A DNA stretch of 63,045 nt, counting the filler, from Lenisia limosa (lineage: Eukaryota > Protista > Breviatea), in NCBI GenBank assembly GCA_001655205.1. It is 10 parts of 10 records of this genome, joined end to end, with 100 filler letters (N's around TTAATTAATTAA, not from the genome) between each part and the next. Parts side by side here need not be neighbours in the genome. Positions count along the whole stretch, not along the records: positions 1 to 26,349 come from LPNZ01010311.1; 9 more parts are not named here. One strand, 5' to 3'. The notes under the pieces are model-generated. The model worked only from the letters and a program-made list of their open reading frames with translations, was not told the origin of the DNA and did not search any database. The translations under genes and the position numbers were made by a program. The number at the start of each line of letters is the position of its first letter. The first letter of the stretch is position 1. Of this stretch, positions 1 through 12,890 are shown one piece after another.

Positions 1-886
1 GAGAAACACAGGAGTAACTTGGTATAGGGGTAGAAGTAAAACGAAGGAAATTTCGATGAAGAACCTTTCAAGGTAATATTAATCCAAAAAAAAAATTATA
101 ATAAAGAAAACGCAAATAACAAATTAAAAAACAAACACAAACATCCGGCCATTCAGCCTTTGAAAAGTCTCACCACCGATTGCCCACCCAAATAATTCTA
201 CTGGTTTTAACAATATTTTGCACATATTGTGGATAAATAAATAGTACATAGTTTTTGAAGTTGATTTTTTTAACGTAAATTACATTTATTATTAGTAAGG
301 GCGTTACAGTAGCAAGCGGAAAAACAGCTCCGAAGAACAATTAAAGCTCTTCCTAATCGCTAGATTTTAAGCAAAGTTTGCTAGATACAGGCAGGCTAGA
401 TAGTTCCAGGCAACAATTTTATTGTCGAGTGAAGTTTTTATGTTTTAGCATAATTAGTTTTGTTAAAAACTGAAACGATGAGAGCGCACACATACTAGTA
501 TGAGGGGGCCTTCGAATTTTTGTCGTTAATTGTGTCCAAAAATATTTAGGTAAAATCAAGGATGAGCACTCGATAGCTAAGTTTTATAAAAATGGAACAA
601 ATGTACATCAAAGCTTGAGCAAAATGGATGAGAAATGTTATTAGCTCAATGTTTTGCATTTAGCTTGACGTATAAACTTAGACCAGCCGTAGTGTATAAT
701 TATATGATGTCATATTATATTATACGAGAATGATATGAATAAAAATTTATCGCAGGGGTATAATAGTTGGAGTAACACTGGAATAACACGCGGGGGGTGG
801 GGGGATAGTACACCCAAGATCTAGGAGTGTGTAGCTGAATAATTCCGACTACATGACAGAATCGTTTTTTTTCCTCACTCATCCAG

Positions 887-1054
887 CACCGGCGTGAGGC
901 CGAGAAGAAGTTCAACAACGCTCTTGCCGCAGCCGGGATCGACCGCTATCAGTTCGAAGACGATGTCCAAGACCTGGAAGAAAACGAAAAGAACTTAGAG
1001 TCAGACTCGGCCTTTGAGGAAGACTCTGGACTGGACCAGTCTCAGTCCGACTAG
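887..1054 (+). CDS. Terminal exon of an unidentified gene with an acidic C-terminus (upstream exons mostly outside the window)
   Basis: Pyrimidine tract + CAG acceptor at 886, then open frame HRREAEKKFNNALAAAGIDRYQFEDD...QSQSD ending in TAG at 1052-1054; a likely previous exon ends at AG|GT near 72. Confidence 0.6.
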   Translation, partial: HRREAEKKFNNALAAAGIDRYQFEDDVQDLEENEKNLESDSAFEEDSGLDQSQSD

Positions 1055-1149
1055 GTTATAATATTGTATTATGGATGTATTTGTAACTGGAACCAAAAGT
1101 GATTTTAAGAAAATAAATCAGAAATAGAAATAGACAATCACACCATAAA

Positions 1150-3139
1150 TTAGATTAAAAGCTTCTCCTTCAGAAGCATGTGGTTCTCAGGGGTGAGACC
1201 AACACAGGCACGGAGAATGTTCTCAATGCAGGTACGCTAGAGGTGTGAGAAGTGTCAAAAAAAGAAAGAAAACCAAAACACTCTGCTTACCTGCTTGAAA
1301 AGAGCGTTGATAACGGGGGTACCTTCAGGTACAACGGGGGCCTTGAGAAGGTAGGAAAGGAGAGAAAGGACGGGGTGGAAGGAGTCGAAGTCGTCCATAT
1401 CTCCAGACTTGATGGAAATACGCTCGCAAAGTTCGGCAAGAACAATGAGATCGATAATGAGGGGAGAAGCAAGAAGAGAGTCTTCACAGGTGTTGTGCAT
1501 GACGATAGTATTCTTGCCACCAAGGAAGATCTCGGAAGTGTACTCATCCATGGCACGCTTGGAGTCGCCGACATAAGGAACGTACTTGATGACGACGCAG
1601 TGGTCAGGGTGCTCACCGTTGGCATAGAGAATTCCATTGCTCTCAACCATGTCGTCGACAACGTTGGACTTGGAGATCTCCTTGGAGCGGAACTGTTGGG
1701 GAGCAGAAAGGTTCTTGCCGTCATTGTTACCAAGATGGTTGTAAGAGACGATAGAAGTGGGCTTGATACCAGCACCGACAAGGAAGTCAACAAGGACAGA
1801 CTTCATCTTCGTCTGGCCAGACTTGAAATCGTCACCAGCAATGAAGGTACGTTTGTCCTTGGCAAGGTCGATGACACCGGGAACAAAAGTGTTCTGGGGA
1901 GATCCGTTGATGTAAGTGCAGCCTTCAAGGATTGAAGCGACAGCGAAAATGGTGGAGGGAGAAATCTCAGCGTGGCCCTAAAAAGATAAGAATAATTAAC
2001 AATCACAATAATCTTACAGCATCGATAGCCTTGAGGAGATTTTCCTTGTTGTCGTTAACACCATCAACGAGGTCAGAGAAACGCTCAGTGTTGGCAGACC
2101 AGAGAACGATGACCTTGTCGACACCTGAAGACACCTTGAAGTCTCTGATGTGTTGGCGGATTTGCTCCATTTGTTCCTTCTTGGTACCTAGTATATTAAT
2201 GATACTGCTTTAGGGAAGTAAGATAAAAGCTGTTTTAAAAGAAATGAACCTTCCTTCCTACCCATAAGGACATTGTCAGCACGGCTTTCCTGGTTGGCAG
2301 CAATAAAGTCAGGGAAGTAGATTGAAGGAAGAGGCTTCATGTCTTTCATCAGAGGGTGGAGTTGGCGCTTGAAGAATAAGAATCAAAATGTCATCTCAGA
2401 CCAACCTGGAGATCGTACTCAAGAACCTCAGCGCGAGTCATGGCATCTCCGAGATTCATGGATGAAATATCCCATCCTGAAATGACCATATCATTGGCGT
2501 CAACCTTGAGTGTAAAATAAAAGAGATCATCCGAAATCATACCATAGGGATGAGGCCCTTGAAAGGAACGTAAACCTCCTCTCCACAGCTGTCAATACCC
2601 ATACGGAGGGTACCAGCCTGAGTAAGAGAGCCAAAGTAGTTTGGTTGTTGAACGCCAGTCTTAGTTCTGAATGAAATGCCCCTAAAACAACGTTACAATA
2701 TAATAATGAGAACAGAAGTCACATTTATTGTCATCAGCCTTCTTTCCAAAACATTTTGCAATTTGGATTCCCAAAAAAATGCATACTCTCTGTTTGCAAG
2801 AACACCAGCAACAGTAGTGGTTCCGTTGTTACCACCAAGGCCGACGATCATAACACTAAAGTATGAAAGAAAAAGAAGAAGATAGAAAATTAAAACTCTT
2901 CAAATAAGTACAATAAGTCGTAAATCACAGTTGGCTCAATAACAAGACGACAAGAAAACTCACCCGAGCTTGGGAACATCCTTCTTGGTCTTGAAGACAA
3001 CATTCTCGGATTTAGGCACAACAGTAACAGTGTTACCCTTTACCGAGGTCACAGTAGTCTGGTACTCGTAGTTACTGACAATTTCATCACCAACAATGGT
3101 GGCATTGGGAGATTCGATTTTAACGTTCTCAACAAACAT
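1150..3139 (-). CDS. INO1: myo-inositol-1-phosphate synthase, multi-exon
   Basis: ATG 3139 ([11 protein letters not shown]...). ORF 1255-1806 has the family motifs [34 protein letters not shown] and [10 protein letters not shown]. The last exon [22 protein letters not shown] ends in TAA at 1150. Confidence 0.97.
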
Positions 3140-3704
3140 AATGACAACAAATGAGATGCAAAAACAACTATTTTTTGGGAAAAAAAATCACAAAAAAGAA
3201 AGTTGTCTCGGATACAATTCACGGATTTTTTACTGTTTGCTTTCCTGATGGAGCCCACGGACACACGGATGCTTAAAATGACCAACCACTGAACCCACAC
3301 AAAATTTGCACAAACTCCCAAACAAAACCCCAACTTCAACAATCGACGTGTCAAAGGTCGAGGTCGAACCAGACCAAACAAACCACAAACGCTACAACAC
3401 ACACAACAACATTTTTTTTTTTAGAGAACATACACAAAAAAAGAGCAGCTCAGAGCAAGTGTAGGAGTCCACACAAAGGCCCAAAAAAGGTCTCGGATTC
3501 GCTTTTTACCATTCATTGCTGCACTCCTTTATAAAAGAGCCACACATTCGAAAAACGGGGCTGCAATTGTAAAAGAGGCTTTTTTTAAAAAATAAATAAC
3601 TTTTATACGAAATGAACTGAACTCGATAAATATAACGAAATTTCTCGATCTTTTTATATATATTTTTTTTCATTCGTTTTTCGTATTATTCCTAGTTGAT
3701 CATA

Positions 3705-4057
3705 ATGGCTGCCCCTTCTCCTTTCGGACCCCAGAAGACTCTCACTCTTGAGCAGGCTGTCGGTATGAATAGCGTTTTGTCTTATGATTGTTTCCAGAGG
3801 CCGCTTCTATGGTTGAAGCCAACTTCAAGATCCCTGAGAACCTTACCCGCATGGAACAAGTCATCGCTGAAGGTTTGTGAACTGTTGGTCTTTCTTTTCA
3901 GTAATAGTGGGAAAAGTCATCAAGGGAAATTGGAGGGGAAAGATTTCATGAGGGTTTTTTTTTTTGACAATTTAGCCGGTGCTGATATGATGAAGAAGCT
4001 CCAGCTTGTTGTTCCTGCTGCTGTTGATATCCAAAAGAGTGTTTTTGAGAAGTACGA
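3705..4057 (+). CDS. C10 family (C12orf57-like) protein; 3' end lies in the N gap
   Basis: Spliced translation MAAPSPFGPQKTLTLEQAVEAASMVEANFKIPENLTRMEQVIAEAGADMMKKLQLVVPAAVDIQKSVFEKY matches the recalled C10 pattern (L..EQA...PEN..RM.EA...A.NDM.KM.Q.V.P.A..IQ..V...YG). Confidence 0.75.
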
Positions 4058-4211
4058 NNNNNNNNNNNNNNNNNNNNNNNNNNNNNNNNNNNNNNNNNNN
4101 NNNNNNNNNNNNNNNNNNNNNNNNNNNNNNNNNNNNNNNNNNNNNNNNNNNNNNNNNNNNNNNNNNNNNNNNNNNNNNNNNNNNNNNNNNNNNNNNNNNN
4201 NNNNNNNNNNN

Positions 4212-5257
4212 CCGGTCTGAGTCCTTGGCAAACTGCAAATAATAAGGACTTGACAATTTTAGGCAAACCTTGCAACCAAAGTCACTTGCAACTAAAGCAA
4301 TAAACACCAAAATTAAGAAAATTACGCAGCAAATATAGCCTAAAGTGTAAGGAAAGAAGTCAAAGCCAACCTGAATCCCTGGCACTGATTTGAAGTTTTC
4401 TGACTTTCTTGTCCTAAAAATAATCAACTCAGCACATAGAGGCTCATTTTGATATTCTTGTTCAATTTTCCCAGTCATATACCAAAGAAAATCAAAAGCC
4501 ACCCTCCCTCACTTCTCTCTTCAATTGACGACGTGTTTTACTCATTCCAGCATTCAGGTCACCCAGTAACTCCTCTTGGTCATCAAGTTCGTCTCCAATT
4601 GCCATGCCAATATCCTTTTGCCTTCTAATAGTTTCGCTTAACATATCCAAATCCTCATCTTGCTCTAAGGATATTAGAGCCCAAGCCAGCACAAACGTCT
4701 CATCATTTGGTTCTGCATTTGAAGGATTTCACCATTATCAAGTCCACGAGTGGCATTAGTTTCTCCGGAAGGACCTATTTTTATCATTAATGATTGATGT
4801 GAACTACTTACCAGCACCCCAAGTTGAACCAGCTGATGATTGTGCTGAACTGCAACATTAGTAACTTGACCTGGTCAAACCTTTGAGTTAATCTGTGTGA
4901 AAGGCTTTCCTTTCTGCGTTGAAGACTCACTAACTCGTCTCGTCTCCTTGTGATATCACGATCAGTCCTTCAATATTAGAATAAGAAAGAAGGTCTTACA
5001 TTCCATGAGCCTGAGGGTCTTGTCCCATTTTGGATAGCGCGTTATCCAAAGCTGTGATGTCATTTGTGAGTGCATTAATTCTGGATCTGGCGTCGCTTGT
5101 TACTTTTGCCGTCTGTCCACCGTTTTTCTCCTGGAGAAATAACAAGACCACCTTCACATACAATGTTTTCTCTATCACTAAGAAGTGACGAAATGTTATC
5201 AGCAGATTGTGATGCTCTCTCAAAAGCTTCTGTCCACTTTGTTGAATGTCTTGACAT
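4212..5257 (-). CDS. Qc-SNARE, syntaxin-8/SYP5-like, with C-terminal transmembrane helix
   Basis: N-terminal helical region, then SNARE motif EQDEDLDMLSETIRRQKDIGMAIGDELDDQEELLGDL and hydrophobic anchor YICCVIFLILVFIALVA; last codons run into the gap. Confidence 0.85.
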
Positions 5258-5554
5258 CTTGTTCTTGATTAGGGGGGGGGGGGGNNNNNNNNNNNNNNNN
5301 NNNNNNNNNNNNNNNNNNNNNNNNNNNNNNNNNNNNNNNNNNNNNNNNNNNNNNNNNNNNNNNNNNNNNNNNNNNNNTTTAAGTGTATAGTCAATTGTTT
5401 TGCTTCAAAGCTTCAAAGCTGCTTTTTTTTTGCTTTTTTGTGGGGAAGGTTTTGTCGGCTACCGTAGCAGGAACCACCACCTTTTTCCAAAAACTCCCAA
5501 TTTGCGTTAAGTTGTTAATTATCAAAATATAGCTGAATAATAGTGGCAGAAACT

Positions 5555-6910
5555 ATGGATTCAGACGATGAGCAGACAAGAGCCAAGAAGGCTGCAGCCA
5601 AGAAAGTTCTCAAAACTGGTATGGCATCTTATCTCTTCTTGTCCGTTAGCTTTTATTATTTTTGCATCTTTTTCCATTTGTGTTATCGAAAAAGGTGATT
5701 ATGTCGCTCCTTCCAAGATCAAAGTGGCTGGTATCAAAAATAAGCAAAAGGTAAAAGGCAGCGGGATGTTTCATGAATTTAGAGAGCAGCCATGGCTTTT
5801 AAAGTTCAAAATTTAAAAAGAAAAGAAAAAAGACAGAGGCGAAAGGATAGGAAAGAACTCCGTGAAGAACTTGGAGAAGAGGTAAGCCTTATTATGATTG
5901 TCATATTCAGTTTGTCCCGAAACTGGTCCCGCATACAATTGATAACACAAGGGAACCTGTTGAAATGGTTGAAGATCCAACTGAAGATAAGGAACTTGTT
6001 GACCAAGCTTCTGAAAAATTTGCTGCTCTTTTTACGTTGGTCTTATCTTTTATTTTTATTCTCTCAAGGGGTGCCGCTCCAAAAGTCCTCATTACCACTT
6101 GTTTGAAGCCTCACCGGGAAGTTTTTGAATTTGTCCGCGATTTGATGACTCTTTTGCCAAGTGTTGAGTTTTATACAAGAAGAGACTATAAGTTGAAGCA
6201 GATTTTGGAATGGGCAGTCAAAAGAGTAGGAGTTGTGCAGTTGGATTACATTCTAGGATTTCACTGATGTTATTGTCATTAATGAAGACCACAAAAAGCT
6301 GAGTAAGTTTTTTTTTTTTCAGAAAATTTATTTATTTTTTTAGATGGACTTCTTTTATGTCATCTTCCCGAAGGTCCTACTGCATATTTTAGACTTTCCA
6401 GTGTTCAAACTGTGAAGAAAATTCAAGTATTATTTTTTTTCGCTGTGTTAATATTTTAGAATCATGGAAGAGCAATCGACACAAAACCAGAAATTATCCT
6501 CAATAACTTCAACACTCGTCTTGGGCATACTGTTTGTGAATAATCCATTGGTTGACTCTGGTATTGTAGATGGCAAGAATGTTTGCTTCGCTCTTCCCGC
6601 AAAATCCTGAATTCAGAGGCAGGCAAGTTGCTACTTTTCACAATCAACGTGACTTCATTTTCGTGAGACACCATAGGTTTGTCTTTTTTTATTGGTTAAT
6701 TGTTTAGATATGTATTCACTCAAGAGGGTGAGAAGGCAAAATTGCAAGAGCTGGGTCCTCGCTTCACTCTGAAACTCAAAAAACTCAGTTCAGGCTTGTT
6801 TGACTTCAATGAGAAGCCTTTAGACTTTGAGTACAAGGTTAGAATAATGAGTTTTCTCTTATTATTTTCAGCCAAAAATGGACAAAGATAGAAAGATGTT
6901 CCACCTCTAG
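5555..6910 (+). CDS. RPF1: Brix-domain ribosome biogenesis protein RPF1
   Basis: Spliced exons give [55 protein letters not shown] and the sigma70-like [12 protein letters not shown]; TAG at 6908-6910. Confidence 0.92.
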
Positions 6911-7050
6911 CAAGTTTCTGAGCTGATCGCTTCTTTATGACCTTTAATATGAGGTTTTCTGATTTGTATTTGGATACACTTTGTGATTGTTTCAAAGATA
7001 TATCTACCATGGTGCCAAGAGAGGCGGGCACTTAAGCTCTCCCTTCTCAT

Positions 7051-8215
7051 TTAATGAACTTCAGAGTATTCTGACTTCTTTCCAGTAATCTTGGAAATTG
7101 TGAACTGGATACCAGCCTATTGTCAGAAAAGGATATCCAAATATTACTTACCTTGACGTTTCTTCCAAGCTCTTGCCAGCTATCAATATTGGGAATCATC
7201 TCCTTTCCATTGTGTCCCTTCTTTTTCTTCAGATAGATACCTGAAAATAAACCTCAGTCCAGAAGCAGGAAACTAACCTGTGCCAAGATAAGCAGCCATA
7301 ACAACGCCAATGATAATCAGCGCCAAGGTACCAAAGGAAATACCTCCCTCCTTATTGCTGCTTGAAGATTCGTTGTACTGGTTACAGAACCCACTAAATA
7401 TGAGAGAGAAAACAAGAGTAAAACGTACGTGGACTTTAATTTGATAAAACGCTCACATTGAGCGCTTTCGTCAACAGAAATAAACTCAANNNNNNNNNNN
7501 NNNNNNNNNNNNNNNNNNNNNNNNNNNNNNNNNNNNNNNNNNNNNNNNNNNNNNNNNNNNNNNNNNNNNNNNNNNNNNNNNNNNNNNNNNNNNNNNNNNN
7601 NNNNNNNNNNNNNNNNNNNNNNNNNNNNNNNNNNNNNNNNNNNNNNNNNNNNNNNNNNNNNNNNNNNNNNNNNNNNNNNNNNNNNNNNNNGTTGCTTTCT
7701 TCGGATTTACTCTCAAGAGTTACAAAAGATTCTATAGAATATAAGTGAAGACAAAGAAAACCAACCATCATCACTGAGAGACCAACGCATATCACCAACA
7801 ACACCATACTGAAAACAAATTAACTCTTAAGAGAGCACTCACAGGAATACCGCGTGATTGAGATCCAGGAGGGTTACTGTATCCTTTTTCACAGACAAGA
7901 GTGTTTCCACTGCAAGTGGGGTCGGCAATGACTGCTTCATATGGTGTTCCAGAGCAAAAGTTGAAAAGGTACTACAAAATGAATTTGGAGGTGTATCCCT
8001 ACATAACGTCCATTAGTGCCTCTAAACTTGTAGTAGGTGTGACCATCAATGGTGGCATCACCCTTAGAGACAAACTGTGTGAGATTCAGTGCAAACTTTT
8101 GCTCATCAAATCCCACAACGCATCCTAATTGCTGGTATACAGGTGTATCCGTGTTTGCAAATACGCTAACAACTAACAGAAGGGAAAACAGAATAAACTT
8201 CATCATTGTTTCCAT
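7051..8215 (-). CDS. Type I membrane protein, cation-dependent M6P receptor/ATG27-like (MRH domain)
   Basis: Signal peptide MKFILFSLLLVVSVFA; Cys-spaced lumenal domain (YLFNFCSG...CSGNTLVCE); TM ISFGTLALIIIGVVMAAYLGTGIYL; cytosolic KEMIPNIDSW and terminal YSEV (YxxPhi). One internal exon is in the gap. Confidence 0.7.
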
Positions 8216-8566
8216 CGATTCTCAAGTGAGCTTCCAACAATAACCTATAGCTATCTCAACCTGATTTCAACTGTCTAGAGTGGAAAAACCCACACCGCAG
8301 CACATTTTACCCACGCGCCACGCGCGCTCCATCTCGTGCGGTTTCCTTGCCCCCCCCACCCCNNNNNNNNNNNNNNNNNNNNNNNNNNNNNNNNNNNNNN
8401 NNNNNNNNNNNNNNNNNNNNNNNNNNNNNNNNNNNTGTATTTATACTGTGTGTATAGTTTATAATCTCGAGTCTGGCTGGTGTCGCTGATTCTGCTTACC
8501 TGCTTGACCTTTAATTATTATCATGAGTATGACCCAATTCATTGTGATTCACCCGTTCACCTTTAG

Positions 8567-11556
8567 GTGCTAGCAGCCATCTTGCTTCCGATGAGAAAGT
8601 CTTGATTGTTTGCTGGTTTTGGTGGAGCTTTAAGGGAGTGCATTTGATTGACAATTTAGGTTATGGTTGGACTTCCTGCTCGAGGAAAGTCTTATATCTC
8701 TCAAAAAGTTGCAAGATATCTGAGGTGGCGTGGCATTTCGGTTGGTTTTTACACACTCTCTTTTTCTTCTAACTGCTCAGGCTGAAGTTTTCAATGCAGG
8801 TATTGGTTTTAAATGTATATCATGTGATGTGTAGGAAAATTAAGAAGAGAGACCCCTGGAGTTCCCCATCGTTCTGACTTTTTTAATCCCGACAATGAAG
8901 AAGCAAAAAAGAGAAGGGAAGGATTCGCTCTTGAGGCTTTGAATCAGTCACTTTTCTTTTTAGAGAATGAAGGAAATGGTTGGTCAATTATAGAAGAGAT
9001 TGCTATTTCCTTGAGCTGACCTATTATGAGCACTTCTCTGTGCTCATCAAATACAGTCAGGACTTCATTATACGATAAACGCAGGGATTTCTGTTTTAAG
9101 TCAATCAATATCCACATGTCCATTTATCCGAAACATATTGTAAAAGGTGTCTTGAACGGGCAACTCACGCGTTATGGTCGCTCAACCGAGAAACTTCGCA
9201 TACAACGCTGTTCGTTTCATCCGGACCCTAAATACTAATGGATAAAATCTTACATTCCTCAAGAAGTTAAATATGTCGTTCATTTTCAAAGTTAAGATTG
9301 CATTTATGACACCCAATCGAACAAAACTGAGGGCGCTTCTTCTAAGCAACCTCACTGACCACATAGACTATGTCACAGAAAACAGTGTACCAGAGTTGTA
9401 AGGTGAATTATTATTACACAATAATCCAATATCTCTTAAAAGCGTGATGGTGTGGGCCGGCTTCGACCAGATACAACATTGATTTATTGCTCATCTCTAT
9501 GTCCATAATGCTATGTAGAGAGCTTTTTTTTTGTTATTTGTCAACCCCGTCACTTTGTTAGAACTATTGTTTTTCTGGGGAAGTGTTTGGGTAAATTAAT
9601 ACTATATTTAGTTAAAGTAAAAGGTACACACTATTTAAATAAAACGACAAAATACCACATGTGTTGCGTATATTGCTGCATATATGATATGTATATATCT
9701 ATCGATCATTGTGATGTAATTTCACGAGAGTACAGTTTTTTTGGTGAAATATTGTTCATGAACGCTTGGGATGAAGCAAAGCGTTAGGATTGGTTTTTGT
9801 GTGACCATTTGAAGTTGACCCCCCCCCCCCTTNNNNNNNNNNNNNNNNNNNNNNNNNNNNNNNNNNNNNNNNNNNNNNNNNNNNNNNNNNNNNNNNNNNN
9901 NNNNNNNNNNCTTCTTTATTTTGAATTCACATCTTTTTGCAGTTGTGCTTTGGTTGGCTTCACATTTATTTTGAACTGGTGACCTTAGACTGAGCCAATC
10001 TAGTTGAAAACTGGTGATCTTACAATTTCACCAGTCTAGTTGACATTATGATATTCAAACTGATGAAACCTTTTTCAGTTTTCTCAAACACAGTTGTAAT
10101 TTTATTAGTTGCTTTTTTGGACGCTACAAATACGACTGTTGAAAGACGGGCTCTTGTGACAAAGAGGGCTCAATCTAGAATCGAAGACATTCAGGTACAT
10201 TTTACTTCTGTTTGTGGAAACTTACCTTTAAGATCGTGTTTTTGGAATCAATCTGTTCAAATGAAGAGTTTATTCTTCGAAATATCAAAGATTTGAAAAT
10301 CTGCTCGTTTGTTCTTGTGGTGGAGTTTATTCTTTAGTGGTGACTATGAAAACATGACGGAGGAAGAGGCGGTCAGTGACTTCCAAAGGAGAATGAAACA
10401 TTACAACACTGTTTGTAACCTTTTTTCTCACTCTTTCTAGGTTTATGAACCTGTCTCTGATGATGAAAATGTTCCCTACATTAAAGTTTTTAAAAATTTA
10501 CCTAATTTTTGATCTATGATGTTGGAAAGGAGTTTAAAATTCAAAAAGTTCAAGGGTTTATCTTGTCCCGTATTGTCTACTTTATTATGAACATTCACAC
10601 CATGAAGAGAAACATCTATTTATCAAGAGTTGGTTATTTAATATTTTTCTCATGCTTTCTTTAGCATGGTGAATCACAGTTTAACATGGCTGGCAAGATT
10701 GGTGGTGACAGCTACCTGAGTCACAATGGAAGGAAATACGCCAATTGTTTGGCTGATTTTGTTGAACAGATTCCTGAAAAAAACTTGAAGGTATTCTTTT
10801 TTTTATTTTTGTGGAATTTGTTTGAACTTTCAAGTAACCTAATATTTTTTACATAAAATGGTATAAATTCTGTTTATTTGTCCAGCTTTGGACTTCCACC
10901 TTGGTACGCACCAGAGAAACGGCAGAGCCAATGTCAAGACGCCTAAATCTCCAAGGACACCAATGGAAGGCTCTGGAAGAGGTTTGTATCTGGCTCTCTG
11001 TTTTTATAACATTAGATCAATGCTGGAACTTGTGATGGAATGACTTACGAAGAAATCAAAACAGAATTACCCCACGTGCATGCAGCTCGTAAGGCTGACA
11101 AGTACAATTACCGCTATGAGCGTGGTGAATCTTACGGTATGGATTGAATGTACCCACAACTTATGCAACAGCCGACCTTGTCGAAAGACTTGAGCCCATG
11201 CTGCTTGAGCTCGAACGGCATAAGGAGCCTATTTTCATTATTGGTCACCAAGCTATTTTGCGAGTCATTATTGCTTATTTTATGGGGTTTGTTTCAGATG
11301 TTTTTTGAGGAAGCTAACCCTTTAGACAAGATGTTCAGGAAATTCCTTATATCAAAATGCCACTTGTAAGCTATATGGAAAATAATCTTTATTAACTATG
11401 TAGCATACTGTCATTAAAGTTCAACCAAAGGACTACACCTTCACTGAAACACGCTATCCCCTCAATGTGCCTTCAACAGGCTCTGGATCTTCTTCCGGTG
11501 ACCCTGAACCAAAAGAAGCCGACACTTCCCCCTTAATCTTCTCGTCATCTCTGTAG
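8567..11556 (+). CDS. PFKFB: Bifunctional 6-phosphofructo-2-kinase/fructose-2,6-bisphosphatase (5' start not resolved)
   Basis: P-loop [22 protein letters not shown], phosphatase motif [31 protein letters not shown]; TAG at 11554-11556; one unusually long intron at 8979-10108. Confidence 0.95.
9000..9370 (+). mobile_element. Degenerate Penelope-like (PLE) reverse transcriptase C-terminal/thumb fragment inside a PFKFB intron
   Basis: Frameshifted translation YFLELT / [32 protein letters not shown] / [25 protein letters not shown] resembles the recalled PLE RT motifs FLDL.I..TSLYDKRDDF.F.I.NFP....G....QL.RY.R..S...F......L..NGY. Confidence 0.7.
9375..9500 (+). repeat. Repeat family B, copy directly 3' of the PLE RT fragment
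   Basis: Core AATATCTCTTAAAAGCGTGATGGTGTGGGCCGGCTTCGACCAGATACAAC recurs at about 33795-33950, 34611-34655, 41695-41735(-), 44130-44237(-), 44600-44632(-), 49290-49360(-), 50455-50520(-) and 59359-59515. Confidence 0.85.
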
Positions 11557-11732
11557 GACAAGACAAATAGGAATAAATACATTTTTAATAACCTAGAAAC
11601 CTAATACTACACACTTAAATAATATCATGACACCATGCTTTCACCTCTCTATCATCACAATCACTCTGCTGAGCAAATAAGGTGGACCATAAAATTTTCA
11701 TGTTCTTGAGTTGACTCTCAGAAATGTCAGCT

Positions 11733-12890
11733 TCAGTATAAAGTTGAGGAGAAGGCTTCACTGAAGGTACAATGGTGGGCTAAATGGGTCAGAAAGTGTC
11801 AAAGGAATTTTCAAAAGAGCAACTTAATCATACACCACGTACATATGATTGATAGAAAGACTGATGGTACATCATTGGTGGAGGAGCCTGAACTTGAGGC
11901 TGCTGCCAAACCATTGGAGGGGAATCAAGGAAATCTTCACGAGACGAAGGGGGGGATGAAGAACGGGTTGAGTTGGGAGATGTGCTGCCTCCTGAGATGG
12001 TACGGTAGATGTCCTTTAGTTCACGAAGAACTTGACGAAGCTAAATAGTGAGAGATGCCTAGGGATGACAAAGGACAAACTTGATGATTTTGACCAGGGC
12101 TGAAGGACTCGCGCTTCAGAGCAGTATGAACCATTTTAATGGTTTCGGTGAGGGAAGGAGGTGGCACTTTAGAGCTGAGAGTATTTTCAAATTGTTGTAT
12201 GTGGTACATTCCAATCTGGAGAGGTCAGTTTCGTTGCAATCACAAATTCAAACAAACCTCTTGTGAAACTTTGACAATAGTAGTTACAAGTAAATTCTTG
12301 TAGTGGACGGGAAGCTTTGAAGGGAAATCACGAACAAGATGTGTCATGGTATGCCATGCAGCTTCTTGATGAAGAGGATGAAAAACTCCTGATTCAAGCT
12401 ACATGTGTAAGCAAGGAATTCACACAAAGACCAACTTGTGCAAGTAGATCAGCAGAAATTTGTTGGCAGCGATGGGAGCGAGGGGAATTCTCAAATTCAG
12501 CATGCTTTAACTCTTGTTGTGATGATAGCCAGACAACAATGTATCGAGAACCGATATACTGGTTGTTCTTCAATGTAGCAAGGCGAGCGTCTTCTGATGT
12601 TGCAAAAACCTAGAAACAGTAAAAAAAAAAAAAAAAAAAAANNNNNNNNNNNNNNNNNNNNNNNNNNNNNNNNNNNNNNNNNNNNNGCAGAGCTTCACGC
12701 CATTCATTGCAATTTTTAATCCTAATAAACAATGAATATTTTGTAAAAAACATAATCATAAACTCATGAACTCTCCCAACCTTCAAAAAAGCAGGCAACA
12801 TCTTTTGGTGTAATGTTGAAAGGCAGTCCTCTAAGTCTCACAATGCAAGAATCAATTTCTTCTTCCTCTTCTTGGAATCTATAAAATTAG
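11733..12890 (-). CDS. RNA-binding protein with hnRNP F/H- or ESRP-type quasi-RRM and Pro/Gln/Ser-rich tail; extra upstream exons probable near 13150-13440
   Basis: EEEIDSCIVRLRGLPFNITPKDVACFFE and FATSEDARLATLKNNQYIGSRYIVV are qRRM hallmarks; low-complexity exons end PSVKPSPPTLY* at 11733. Confidence 0.75.

Noticed and set aside
1252-1935. 227-aa plus-strand ORF
   Set aside because: Antisense shadow of the highly conserved INO1 coding exon.
9350-9395. Possible hammerhead core CTGACCA-stem-GAAA after the PLE RT
   Set aside because: Core deviates from CUGANGA, stems I and III cannot be formed convincingly, and it is not conserved in other family B copies.
9425-9480. Family B as a tRNA-derived SINE or a SECIS element
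   Set aside because: A-box/B-box-like words are only about 5 nt apart with no cloverleaf; the helix is too short and lacks the apical AA of a SECIS.
9973-10043. Small inverted repeat flanked by TCTAGTTGA direct repeats
   Set aside because: Too short and single-copy; indistinguishable from a local tandem duplication.
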